DNA of 64,000 nucleotides. Source: an uncultured Bacteroidales bacterium. Lineage in GTDB: Bacteria > Bacteroidota > Bacteroidia > Bacteroidales > UBA932. Shown in pieces: positions 35,862 through 45,530 of this stretch; positions within the stretch are counted from its first letter, which is position 1, and each line of letters begins with the position of its first letter. The stretch is taken from the NCBI GenBank assembly GCA_947170165.1, contig CAMVSK010000012.1:2332-66331 (forward strand), given 5' to 3'. Below the pieces are notes generated by a model. It was not told the DNA's origin and did not search any database. It saw only the letters and a program-made list of their open reading frames with translations. The translations under genes and the position numbers were made by a program.

Positions 35862-38015
35862 ATGAAAAGGACCATTTTCGGCATTGCCGTGATTCTGCTC
35901 TCGGTATCACTCCGTGCAGCCGCCCCCATCAACTATCAGAACGACCTCCGTGCACCGGCATACCCTCTGGTGACGGTGGATCCCTACTTCTCCGTATGGA
36001 GTTTCGCCGATCAGGCGAATGCGGACATGACCCGCCACTGGAGCGGACGTAAGCAGCCCATGATCGCCGCAGTGCGCGTGGACGGCGTGACCTACCGCCT
36101 CCTGGGCAACGAGGAGCAGGTTCCCGACCCGATGTTCGGACGCAAACCCAAGAAGCAGCCGGAAGATCCCCTGTACAGCCGCCAGGGCAGGATAATCTTT
36201 GAGAATGCCGCGTTGCAGACGGGCGTGAACGTGCTTCCTACCAGCACCACGTACACCTTCGACTGTGGCCCTGTGCAGGTCAAGATGCGTTTCGTGGCGC
36301 CGTTGCTGATGGACGACCTTGCGCTCCTCAGCCGTCCTGTCAACTATGTGAGTTTCACGGCGACTCCAATCGATAACAAGAAGCACTCCGTGGAGCTTTA
36401 TTTCGAGGTGTCTCCCCGTATCGCGGTGGATCTCGACGTTGTGCCAGTAGTGCTTGAGAACGGGTCTGCAGACGGAGTGAAGTATCTGCGCACCGGCACC
36501 GTCGACCAGAAGGTGCTTGATAGGCGCGGCGACGACATCCGCATCGACTGGGGCTACTTCTACATGGCACCCGTATCCGGCAAGGGCGTGCTTGCCATGG
36601 TAAAGGGAGAGGCCGCCAGGATGACGTTCGCATCTTCCGGCAAGATAGACGCTAAGATGTTCGGTAAGGCAAAGACCATCACCTCCGGCAACTTCGTGGA
36701 TGAAGACGTGGCCCTTGCCTGGTGCTTCGATATGAAGAAAATCAAGAAGGAGACCGAGGAGGTGCTGATGCTTGCATATGACGACATCTACTCGATCAAG
36801 TTCCTTGGCCAGAACATGCGACCTTACTGGAATGCCGACGGCAAGAATACCATTACTAAGGAGATGTCCAAGGCTGCGAAAGAATGGTCCAAACTTGGTG
36901 ACCGCCTTAATGCCTTCGACAACTCCATGATCCAGGAAGCGACACAGTCCGGCGGCAAGGAATACGCCGACCTCTGCGCCCTCGCATACAGGCAGGCCGT
37001 GTCTGCGCACAAGCTGATCTACGGACAGAACGGTTCGCTCTATTTCATCTCCAAGGAAAATTTCTCGAACGGCTGCGCAGGCACCGTGGACGTGACCTAC
37101 CCTTCAATACCCCTGTTCCTGCGCTATAACACGGAACTTGCCAAGGGATTGCTCAATTTCATATTCGACTATGCTGAAGGCAGCGACTGGGGCAAGGTCT
37201 GGGCTCCCCATGATGTGGGCCAGTATCCGGATGCCTATGGCCAGCACTATGGTAACTGGATGCCTTTGGAGGAGAGCGGAAACATGCTCCTGCTCACAGC
37301 AGCCATCCTGAAACAGTCCCCTGATGCCAGCTTCGCGCAGAGGCATTGGGTAACCCTTACCAAGTGGGCCCTCTATGCATTGCAGAACGGCCAGGACCCT
37401 GAAAACCAGCTCTGCACCGACGACTTCGCCGGCAAGCTCGCGCACAACGTGAACCTGTCTGCCAAGTCTATCTTGGGGATTGCAGCTTATGCAAAGATGG
37501 CACGCCTGCTGGGCAAGGTGGATGAGTCTCGGGCTTTCCAGGAGTTTGCCGAGAATATGGCTGCCAACTGGAAGGAAAAGGCTTTCGAGGAAGACCACTA
37601 CCGCCTAACATACGATGGAGAGGGAACCTGGAGCCAGAAATACAATCTCGTATGGGACAAGGTGCTGGGCCTCAATGTCTTCGGAGACGAAGTGGTTAAC
37701 ACCGAACTTGAATATTATAAGAAGCAGTTCAACCCTTACGGCCTGCCGCTGGACAGCCGCCGCCAGTATTCAAAGACAGACTGGCAGCTCTGGACCGGCT
37801 CCATGGCCGGCAGCGTGGACGGCTTCCGCGAATTCATGCTTCCTGTCTATAAGTTTTATAACGAGACACAGGACCGCGTGCCCCTGGGCGACTGGGTCAA
37901 TACGGACGAGCCTACCTTCGTTGGCATGCAGGCCCGCTCGGTGGTCGGCGGTTTCTTCATGAAACTGTATATAGACCATCCGGTCAGTCCGCTCGCGGCC
38001 TCCCGCAAGAAGTAA
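35862..38015 (+). CDS. Glutaminase A-like (DUF4965/DUF5127/DUF1793) six-hairpin protein
   Basis: PAYPLVTVDPYFSVWS, SKENFSNGCAGTVDVTYP, PHDVGQYP, PLEESGNM, QLCTDDFAG, WSQKYNLVWD, ARSVVGG; signal peptide. Confidence 0.85.
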   Translation: MKRTIFGIAVILLSVSLRAAAPINYQNDLRAPAYPLVTVDPYFSVWSFADQANADMTRHWSGRKQPMIAAVRVDGVTYRLLGNEEQVPDPMFGRKPKKQPEDPLYSRQGRIIFENAALQTGVNVLPTSTTYTFDCGPVQVKMRFVAPLLMDDLALLSRPVNYVSFTATPIDNKKHSVELYFEVSPRIAVDLDVVPVVLENGSADGVKYLRTGTVDQKVLDRRGDDIRIDWGYFYMAPVSGKGVLAMVKGEAARMTFASSGKIDAKMFGKAKTITSGNFVDEDVALAWCFDMKKIKKETEEVLMLAYDDIYSIKFLGQNMRPYWNADGKNTITKEMSKAAKEWSKLGDRLNAFDNSMIQEATQSGGKEYADLCALAYRQAVSAHKLIYGQNGSLYFISKENFSNGCAGTVDVTYPSIPLFLRYNTELAKGLLNFIFDYAEGSDWGKVWAPHDVGQYPDAYGQHYGNWMPLEESGNMLLLTAAILKQSPDASFAQRHWVTLTKWALYALQNGQDPENQLCTDDFAGKLAHNVNLSAKSILGIAAYAKMARLLGKVDESRAFQEFAENMAANWKEKAFEEDHYRLTYDGEGTWSQKYNLVWDKVLGLNVFGDEVVNTELEYYKKQFNPYGLPLDSRRQYSKTDWQLWTGSMAGSVDGFREFMLPVYKFYNETQDRVPLGDWVNTDEPTFVGMQARSVVGGFFMKLYIDHPVSPLAASRKK

Positions 38016-38018
38016 AAA

Positions 38019-38050
38019 AAAAAGATTGGCTCAGTCGAGCCAATCTTTTT
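38019..38050. terminator. Bidirectional intrinsic terminator
   Basis: Perfect 14-bp stem AAAAAGATTGGCTC-AGTC-GAGCCAATCTTTTT between convergent genes. Confidence 0.85.
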
Positions 38051-39482
38051 CGTCTAGAGGCCAATTGTCTGTCCTGAACGGACCGGCGGGGATGCCGAAG
38101 TTGTTATATAACCCTCCGACACACCAGTTCCGCCAGCAATAACGAACGGCAACCGGTTCGGGGACTTCGTCGCTCCAGACATCCACGACATCGCCTTTCT
38201 TTGGATTGCGCATTGCCTTGGCAGGCACGAACTTGCGGTCGGGTCCGGCAATCTCGAATCCGGGGATCTCTGCCCCCATTGGTGATAGGCCGAGCCTTCC
38301 GACCTTCATCTGCACGAATGCCTTGCCATCGTGGAACTCAACTATCTTGTAGTAAGGAGCATAGGCCTCGATGGCATCCATGCCGTAGTCGTTATAAAGG
38401 GCGAGCATTGCAAGGCGCTGGCCGACTTCCTGTTTGCGGCAGGGGTGGATTGTGCCGTATTCGCCTATATCTACCGTGGTCACATAACCGGCATGTTTCA
38501 TTCCTTCGACCGATTTCTGCTGGGCCTCGCAGAAGTAGCCGCTGTGGGTCTTGCGGCCGTTGTCGTAGGGGTAGGGGGCAATCTGCACACAGTAGAAAGG
38601 TGCTTCAGGAACTTCGAAGTCGGCACGCAGCATGTCTACGAAAGAACGCTGGAGAAGGATATACTGGTCGGGACGTGCGCGGTTGGCTTCTCCCTGATAC
38701 CAGATGATTCCCTTGAAGGTGAAGGGGATGAGGGGTGCAATCTGGCCATTGTAGAGGAGGCAGGGATCCTGATGCTTGCGCCTGATCTCCCTGGTGCCTT
38801 TAAGGTGCCCCAGGTCGATATCGGGATAATCCTTTTCGAATACTTCCTGCTTGATCCAGGTCTCGATACTGCTGCCGCCCCAGGAACTCTCGATAATGCC
38901 TACGGGGATGTCCAGGGCGCCCTGGAGGGCTTCGGCGAAAAAGTAAGCGGTCGCGCTGGCATTGGCTACGGCGTTGGGCGTATGCTTCTCCCAGACTCCT
39001 TCGCAGCTGTCCATAACGGTGGTGGAGGACTGGCGCTTGATGTGGCAATAGCGTATGGGACGTGACGCGCGCGCACCTATGATATATTTGGAACCGTCCT
39101 TGGCGGGCTGGGAACCGTATCCCTTTACGGGCATTTCCATGTTGGACTGCCCGGATGCGAACCATACTTCACCGATCAGAACGTCCTTCAGGGTGACTTT
39201 CTCGCCGTCGGAGATGGTGATCTCATAGGGGCCTCCGGCGGATGGGGTCTGCACGCGCACCAGCCAGCGGCCGGTTTCGGCATCGGCAGTGGTGCTGACC
39301 TTCTTCTTGTTCCAGGAAGTCTTGACGGTAACGGTCTTGCCGGGCTCGGCCTTGCCGAAGATGGCGGCGGAAGTCTGCTGCTGGAGCACCATGTTGTCGC
39401 CAATTACGGGCGGGAGGATGATTTTTGCATTGAGGATGCAGCCGGCGCACAGGAGAGCTGCAGCGATGAGGAACTTTTTCAT
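38031..39482 (-). CDS. Sialate O-acetylesterase (SASA/SGNH) family
   Basis: LPPVIGDNMVLQQ, GEVWFASGQSNMEMP, WGGSSIETW, GIIWYQGEAN, IHPCRKQEVGQRLA, PFRTDNW. Confidence 0.9.
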   Translation of the reverse strand: MKKFLIAAALLCAGCILNAKIILPPVIGDNMVLQQQTSAAIFGKAEPGKTVTVKTSWNKKKVSTTADAETGRWLVRVQTPSAGGPYEITISDGEKVTLKDVLIGEVWFASGQSNMEMPVKGYGSQPAKDGSKYIIGARASRPIRYCHIKRQSSTTVMDSCEGVWEKHTPNAVANASATAYFFAEALQGALDIPVGIIESSWGGSSIETWIKQEVFEKDYPDIDLGHLKGTREIRRKHQDPCLLYNGQIAPLIPFTFKGIIWYQGEANRARPDQYILLQRSFVDMLRADFEVPEAPFYCVQIAPYPYDNGRKTHSGYFCEAQQKSVEGMKHAGYVTTVDIGEYGTIHPCRKQEVGQRLAMLALYNDYGMDAIEAYAPYYKIVEFHDGKAFVQMKVGRLGLSPMGAEIPGFEIAGPDRKFVPAKAMRNPKKGDVVDVWSDEVPEPVAVRYCWRNWCVGGLYNNFGIPAGPFRTDNWPLDEKDWLD

Positions 39483-42310
39483 ATCTTTACTATGGTTTGT
39501 TTGATTGTGCTGTTGGATGCTGAAACGAGAACGGTGTATCGGCCGGGGGCCAGGCCGGAGACGTCAATCACGGCGGGGAAGTAGGGGTCTGTGCTTATTT
39601 CCTTTGAGTATAATGTCTTTCCTGTAGAGTTGATTATGAGGACTTTAAGTGTGCAGGCGCTAAGACTCTGGATGGTGAGTCGGTCGTTCACGGTCTGAGG
39701 ATACAATTCTGCGAGTTTAACGCCGGAAGAATGTGCGCTTATACGGAAGGTGCCTTCGACGGGAGGAGCGATTCCGTCGCTCGCCCTTACAGTGATGGCT
39801 CCTACACCGGGGCCTTCTGCAAGGATGATCAGTTCGCTGCCCTCGATGTTGGCTTTCAAGCCTTCGGCGGATACCAGGGTGTAGGCAAGCTCATCTCCAT
39901 CCGGATCCTGGAAGAAATCGGGAAGGTCTATGGTTTCGGCCCTGCCGACCGTAACCAGCATGTCCGGGAAGCCGCTCGGCATCTGAGGAGCCGCGTTGCC
40001 CCGGAGAGTGTATTCCAGACTTTTTCCGGCGCTACCGCCAAAGCCGTCGGAAATGCTGATGGATGCAGTGTATGTGCCTGCTGGGGCAGAATCTCCCCGG
40101 ACGGTAAGGATGTAGTTGCCGGCGCCGTCATCCGTCCATGCTGCTGCCGTAGAACCGGGATCGGTGGCAACTGTGAGTTCATCTTTGTCGGCATCGGTGC
40201 AGCAGAAGTTTACGCTTGCATTTTCCCTGTATTTGAGGGGCCCGGATATGCTTCCTTCCTGTGTGATGACCGGAGGATTGTTGGGGAGAATAGAATACTG
40301 GATGCTGAGTTCACTGGTGAAGATGCTGTCGCTGAATGATGCGGTGGCAACATATGATCCTGCGGGTGCGTCCTTGCCGACTATGGTGAGAGTAAGGGTT
40401 CCAGCGCCGTCATCATTCCACGTGGCGGCGGAAGATCCGGCCCTGAGGGTGATGTCCAGGGGGTCATTGTCCGGGTCGGAATAATGGACGGTATAGGTCT
40501 TGGTTCCGTGGTGGTCCATCGAAATCGCCCCGTAGTAATCGTGTGTTATGATGGGGGCGCTGTTGGACCGCAGATGCTGTTTTCCGACAGCGCTGCAGGG
40601 GGAGACCTGGTTCTGCCTGGTGAAGTTGACGACGGTATAGTAGTAATCTTTGTCCAGTGCCAAACCGTCCAGGGTGACAGTGACCGTTTGCCCTGGAGTG
40701 TAGGAAGCGCCGGAAAGTGTTCTTATTGTTACGCCAGAAGGGATATTGAAAGGATCCAGGTTCTCGAGTTTTGAGGCGTCGGTACTGACGGCGAGGACGC
40801 TCCTGTAGAAGTTCCGGGGGCCGTATTTCGTGAACGGCCACTGCACTTCAAGGGCATTTTCGGGAGTCTGGCGGGATGTAAGTCCGGTTGCAGGACTGAG
40901 TTCGGTGCCAAGGGCGTACATGAACGAACCATAAGCGTCCAGCATAGGGCCGATGTTCCTGGCATGCTTTCCAATCATTTTCCTGTCAGCACCGTTTATA
41001 AGGATCTCGCGCAGGCGCTCGACGGTGAAGCCCGGACCGCCGAAGTAAGATACTATCAGTGCGGCGACGCCGCTGACCATGGGCGCAGCCTGGGACGTGC
41101 CCTGCATCTGCCAATAGACCTCTTCGGACGACCGCATGGTACTGTAGATTTGGGGATAGGTCGTGTTGCCGTATCCTCCGTTGGCGTTTCCTCCCGGGGC
41201 GCAGATATCTACCCAATCACCGTAGTTGGTATATGTGCTGCTCTCTGCCTTGGGCCCCAGGGCTCCGACCGAAATGTTCTTCTCGTACATCGAAGGCTGG
41301 GCTTTCTGAAAACTGTTGTTGCCGGCGGAGAATACCACGAGGCCTCCTTTCATCGGGCCGGTCTGGTTGCCCTTCTTGTCGGTGCCGGCGTAGGTGACGA
41401 AGTAATCTATTGCGGCCGCGATGAGGTATGAGGTGGTGGTAGGTACAGCGCTTTCATCGCTATAGGAGAAATTCCAGCTGTTGTTTACGATGACGGCGCC
41501 GTGGTCGGCCGCCCAGATTATTGCACTATAGACGTTTCCGTTGTCTCCGACGGCCGCGCAGTCGAGAATGCGCACGCCGCCTCTGCCTTTAATGCCACCC
41601 GCGATTCCGCACACTCCGATGCCGTTGTCGTTGATTGCGCCGATGATGCCGGCCACATGAGTTCCATGGCGCTGGGCAGTGATTTGGTAAGGGTTGTCGG
41701 AATCCTTATCAAAGAAAGATCTGCTACCGTTTTCTCCGCCCGGGATGAGCACTGCTGAAAGGTCCGGATGGTTATGGTCGGCACCGGAATCGACGACTCC
41801 GACTATGACGTTGTTGCTGCCGGCCGTGAATGACTCCCATACCGGCACCACGTTTATATCGGCATCCCTGGCGAAACCGGACCACAGTGTGCCGTCGTTG
41901 TAAAGATGCCACTGGCGTGTGCGGTAGGGATCGTTGAAGGGGATGGCATCCGGCATGAATTCCGGCTCTTTTTCTGCCCTGAGGATGCCTGGGAAGTCTC
42001 CCAGGCCTTGTGCGGCCTTGGTTGCGGGGACCCCGTCCGCACTGGCGAAATACCAGCGGTGGAGACCGGCGGCGCGATGGCGTTCTTCAAACTCGCCATC
42101 TTCTTGGAATATCCTCTCGAACTTGTAGCCGGAAGGAAATACGGTAACTGTGTCGGCAACCTCGACGATTATCCGTTCAGTTTTATCGGTAACGCGTATC
42201 GGGGTGTCGGGATTTTTATCATTTTTCAAAGTTGAATACTCATCTTTTGAAGAACAACCGCAAATTAATGAGGATGCCCATAACAAAATGATAAATAAGC
42301 GCGCGTTCAT
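39479..42310 (-). CDS. S8 subtilisin-like protease with Ig/cadherin-like repeats and T9SS C-terminal sorting domain
   Basis: Triad VGVVDSG / HGTHVAG / GTSQAAP; three NxAP...DPDxD repeats; C-terminus LYPQTV...IDVSGLAPGRYTVLV...TIVKI. Start placed at ATG 42310 (track uses TTG 42316). Confidence 0.88.
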   Translation of the reverse strand: MNARLFIILLWASSLICGCSSKDEYSTLKNDKNPDTPIRVTDKTERIIVEVADTVTVFPSGYKFERIFQEDGEFEERHRAAGLHRWYFASADGVPATKAAQGLGDFPGILRAEKEPEFMPDAIPFNDPYRTRQWHLYNDGTLWSGFARDADINVVPVWESFTAGSNNVIVGVVDSGADHNHPDLSAVLIPGGENGSRSFFDKDSDNPYQITAQRHGTHVAGIIGAINDNGIGVCGIAGGIKGRGGVRILDCAAVGDNGNVYSAIIWAADHGAVIVNNSWNFSYSDESAVPTTTSYLIAAAIDYFVTYAGTDKKGNQTGPMKGGLVVFSAGNNSFQKAQPSMYEKNISVGALGPKAESSTYTNYGDWVDICAPGGNANGGYGNTTYPQIYSTMRSSEEVYWQMQGTSQAAPMVSGVAALIVSYFGGPGFTVERLREILINGADRKMIGKHARNIGPMLDAYGSFMYALGTELSPATGLTSRQTPENALEVQWPFTKYGPRNFYRSVLAVSTDASKLENLDPFNIPSGVTIRTLSGASYTPGQTVTVTLDGLALDKDYYYTVVNFTRQNQVSPCSAVGKQHLRSNSAPIITHDYYGAISMDHHGTKTYTVHYSDPDNDPLDITLRAGSSAATWNDDGAGTLTLTIVGKDAPAGSYVATASFSDSIFTSELSIQYSILPNNPPVITQEGSISGPLKYRENASVNFCCTDADKDELTVATDPGSTAAAWTDDGAGNYILTVRGDSAPAGTYTASISISDGFGGSAGKSLEYTLRGNAAPQMPSGFPDMLVTVGRAETIDLPDFFQDPDGDELAYTLVSAEGLKANIEGSELIILAEGPGVGAITVRASDGIAPPVEGTFRISAHSSGVKLAELYPQTVNDRLTIQSLSACTLKVLIINSTGKTLYSKEISTDPYFPAVIDVSGLAPGRYTVLVSASNSTIKQTIVKI

Positions 42311-42324
42311 TGTCAAATTATTCT

Positions 42325-42332
42325 TATCTTTG
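42325..42332 (+). promoter_or_regulatory. -7 box (TATCTTTG) for second susC operon
   Basis: Exact TAnnTTTG match 63 nt before ATG 42396. Confidence 0.5.
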
Positions 42333-42395
42333 AAAGACTATTGCAAAAATGCACAAAAACTGGATAACCACCAAATAAAGTATAGTTTTTGATCT

Positions 42396-45300
42396 ATGAC
42401 AAAGAGATTTCTCTTAACCGTCTTTACCTTACTACTGCCTCTCGCACTGATGGCTCAGAGCCGTAAAGTGCAGGGTGTGGTATTCGAAGACGAGACAGGG
42501 CAGCCTCTCCCGGGTGCAACAGTGTCGATCGACGGCACCACCCGAGGTGCGATTGCCGACCTTGACGGTTCGTTCGAGATCAACAATGTCAAACCCACCG
42601 ACAAACTCAAAGTGGAGTTCGCCGGCAAGGAGACATTGATAGTCCCTGTGAACGACCAGAAAAATTTCATGTTCAAGTTGAAAGACCAGGCCAACGAACT
42701 GGAGGGAACTACGATCGTCGCTTTCGGTACACAGAAGAAAGAAAGCGTCATCGGTTCCATCTCCACCATCGATGTGGCCACGCTGAAGGTGCCGTCCTCC
42801 AACCTGACCACCGCCCTCGCGGGCAACGTTGCCGGCGTTATCGCCTACCAGCGTTCAGGTGAGCCCGGCCAGGACAATGCCGACTTCTTCGTGCGAGGCA
42901 TCACCACCTTCGGCGCCAACACCAGCCCTCTGATCCTGATCGACAACATCGAGTTGACCGCCACCGACCTTGCCCGCCTCCAGCCGGACGATATCGCCAG
43001 CTTCTCCATCATGAAGGATGCAACGGCGACCGCCCTCTATGGTGCACGCGGTGCAAACGGCGTCATCTACGTCACCACCAAGCGTGGCCAGGAGGGCCCG
43101 GCGAATATTTTCGCCCGTGTCGAGACCTCGATCTCGGAACCTACGAGAAATATCGAGTTGGCGGATCCTGTCACCTATATGAAGGCCTACAATGAGGCTA
43201 TCTCCACTCGAGACCCTCTCGGCGATCTGAAATACACCTACGACAAGATTGAACAGACCGGCAAGCCCGGAGCCAACCGCATCATTTATCCTGCCAACGA
43301 CTGGTACGATATGCTTTTCAAGAAGCGCGCTACCAGCTACCGTGCCAATGTTTCGGTAAAAGGTGGCGGAAAGGTCGCCCGCTATTATGTTGCAGGTGCA
43401 TTTACGGAGGATACAGGTATCCTGAAGGTGGACAAGCGCAACTCCTTCAACAACAATATCGACCAGAAGACCTATACCCTGCGTTCGAACGTAGATATCA
43501 ACATCACCCCCACAACCAAGCTTGCTGTCCGCCTTACCGGTAACTTCACCGACTACACCGGCCCTCTGAACGGTGGTGACGCCGTTTACAAGCAGGTGGT
43601 CCATTCCGATCCGGTGTTGTTCCCTGCATATTATCCTGCAGACGACGATCACGTAGGTATCCAGCATACTATGTTCGGTAACTATGATTCCGGAAACTAT
43701 TCCAACCCTTATGCCGACATGGTCCGGGGTTACAAAGACAACCAGCGTTCCCAGATGATAGCGGCCGTGGAGTTGAACCAGGATCTGGATTTCATCACAA
43801 AGGGCCTCAAGTTCATGACGCTCTTCAACCTCACCAGGCTATCGAACTGGTCGGTCAGCCGTTATTTCTCTCCTTATTGGTATGCTCTCGACAGGTATGA
43901 TTCATACACCGGGGAATACCACATACAGCGTATCAATGATTCGGGTACTGACTATCTGAATTATTCCGAAGGGGCCAAGAATATTACCAATACGATGTAT
44001 TCTGAGAGCCGCCTCAACTGGGCGCGCGAATTCGGCCGCAGTGATGTCACCGGCCTTCTGGTTCTCACTGCCCGCGAGCAGTTGAACGCCAACGCAGGTT
44101 CCCTGCAGCTTTCCCTGCCTTCCCGTAACGCAGGTCTTTCCGGGAGATTCACCTATGGCTGGGACAAGAAATACTTCGCTGAGTTCAACTTCGGTTACAA
44201 CGGTTCCGAGCGTTTTCACAAAAGCCATCGCTGGGGTTTCTTTCCTTCTGCAGGTCTTGCCTGGGTGATATCGAACGAAAAGTTCTTCCAGCCCCTCACC
44301 AAGTATGTTCACAATTTGAAACTGCGTGCTTCCTATGGTCTCGTGGGTAACGATAACATCGGATCTTCATCGAACCGTTTCTATTATCTCTCCCAGACAA
44401 ATATGAACACAAGTTCGCGTGCGGCATACTTCGGCGAAACCAGACAGACGTCAACTAATGGTATCAGCGTTTCCCGCTATGCCAACGAAGCAATTACCTG
44501 GGAAAAATCCTATAAGGCCAACTATGCTGTAGAGCTCGGTCTGTTCAAGAAACTGGATGTAATTGCCGAATATTTCACCGAGCACCGTACCGATATCTTC
44601 ATGACCCGTGCGGATGTTCCCGAGACCATGGGCCTCGAGGCAAGCATCTCCGCCAACATCGGTGAGGCAACGGCACACGGTATCGACATCCAGGCGGATT
44701 ACAAGCATGTTGTGAACAAAGACCTCTGGATGTCCGCCCGTGGTAACTTTACTTACTCATCCAGCAAGTATCTGGTTTACGAGGAACCCCAGTATAAGGA
44801 GCCTTGGCGCCAGCATGTAGGATATTCTCTGAAGCAGAAGTGGGGTTACATAGCGGAGCGCCTCTTCATTGATGACGAAGAAGCTGCGAACTCTCCTTCT
44901 CAGCAGTCTTTCGGCAGCCAGTATGGCGGTGGCGACATCAAGTATACCGATGTCAATGGTGACGGTGTCATCACTGAAGCTGACCGCGTACCCATCGGCT
45001 TGCCTACCTCTCCGGAAATCATCTATGGTTTCGGCTATTCTCTGGGTTATCGCGGATTCGATTTCTCGGTATTCTTCCAGGGCCTTGCCAACGAGAGTTT
45101 CTGGATCGATGCAACCACGAATTACAATCCCTCCAACAATGTTGCCGGTACAGCCCCCTTCGTGAACAATACCCAGTTGCTCAAGGCCTATGCCGACAGC
45201 CATTGGAGCGAGGATAACCGTGATATTTATGCGTTGTGGCCGCGTTACAGCGCATATTCCAATTACAATAACTCTGCAGTGAGCACATGGTGGATGCGCG

Positions 45301-45521
45301 ACGGTGCATTCCTCCGTCTCAAGCAGTTGGAATTTGGCTATACTATGCCCTACAGGCTGACCAAGAAACTGCGCATCGAAAACCTGCGCATTTACTTCCA
45401 GGGCAATAACCTTCTTTGTTGGAGCCGCTTCAAGCTCTGGGATCCCGAGCTTGCCGATTCCGGACTAAACTATCCTATCCAGCGTACCTTCAACGTTGGT
45501 GTTCATATGACCTTCAAATAG
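42396..45521 (+). CDS. susC: SusC-like TonB-dependent transporter
   Basis: IVAFGTQKKESVIGSI, FFVRGITTF, KDATATALYGARGANGVIYVTTKRG, WDPE...YPIQRTFNVG. Confidence 0.95.
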   Translation: MTKRFLLTVFTLLLPLALMAQSRKVQGVVFEDETGQPLPGATVSIDGTTRGAIADLDGSFEINNVKPTDKLKVEFAGKETLIVPVNDQKNFMFKLKDQANELEGTTIVAFGTQKKESVIGSISTIDVATLKVPSSNLTTALAGNVAGVIAYQRSGEPGQDNADFFVRGITTFGANTSPLILIDNIELTATDLARLQPDDIASFSIMKDATATALYGARGANGVIYVTTKRGQEGPANIFARVETSISEPTRNIELADPVTYMKAYNEAISTRDPLGDLKYTYDKIEQTGKPGANRIIYPANDWYDMLFKKRATSYRANVSVKGGGKVARYYVAGAFTEDTGILKVDKRNSFNNNIDQKTYTLRSNVDINITPTTKLAVRLTGNFTDYTGPLNGGDAVYKQVVHSDPVLFPAYYPADDDHVGIQHTMFGNYDSGNYSNPYADMVRGYKDNQRSQMIAAVELNQDLDFITKGLKFMTLFNLTRLSNWSVSRYFSPYWYALDRYDSYTGEYHIQRINDSGTDYLNYSEGAKNITNTMYSESRLNWAREFGRSDVTGLLVLTAREQLNANAGSLQLSLPSRNAGLSGRFTYGWDKKYFAEFNFGYNGSERFHKSHRWGFFPSAGLAWVISNEKFFQPLTKYVHNLKLRASYGLVGNDNIGSSSNRFYYLSQTNMNTSSRAAYFGETRQTSTNGISVSRYANEAITWEKSYKANYAVELGLFKKLDVIAEYFTEHRTDIFMTRADVPETMGLEASISANIGEATAHGIDIQADYKHVVNKDLWMSARGNFTYSSSKYLVYEEPQYKEPWRQHVGYSLKQKWGYIAERLFIDDEEAANSPSQQSFGSQYGGGDIKYTDVNGDGVITEADRVPIGLPTSPEIIYGFGYSLGYRGFDFSVFFQGLANESFWIDATTNYNPSNNVAGTAPFVNNTQLLKAYADSHWSEDNRDIYALWPRYSAYSNYNNSAVSTWWMRDGAFLRLKQLEFGYTMPYRLTKKLRIENLRIYFQGNNLLCWSRFKLWDPELADSGLNYPIQRTFNVGVHMTFK

Positions 45522-45530
45522 TATTCTGCC

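Noticed and set aside
41987-42006. 8-bp perfect hairpin GCCTGGGA-AGTC-TCCCAGGC in the S8 prodomain
   Set aside because: Stems this short are expected by chance several times in 64 kb, and no clear insertion is visible in the protein.
21780-45521. Possible susC/susD shufflon or invertible promoter
   Set aside because: The two susC N-termini are not near-identical, there are no promoterless cassettes, and no tyrosine or serine recombinase or flanking inverted repeats were seen.
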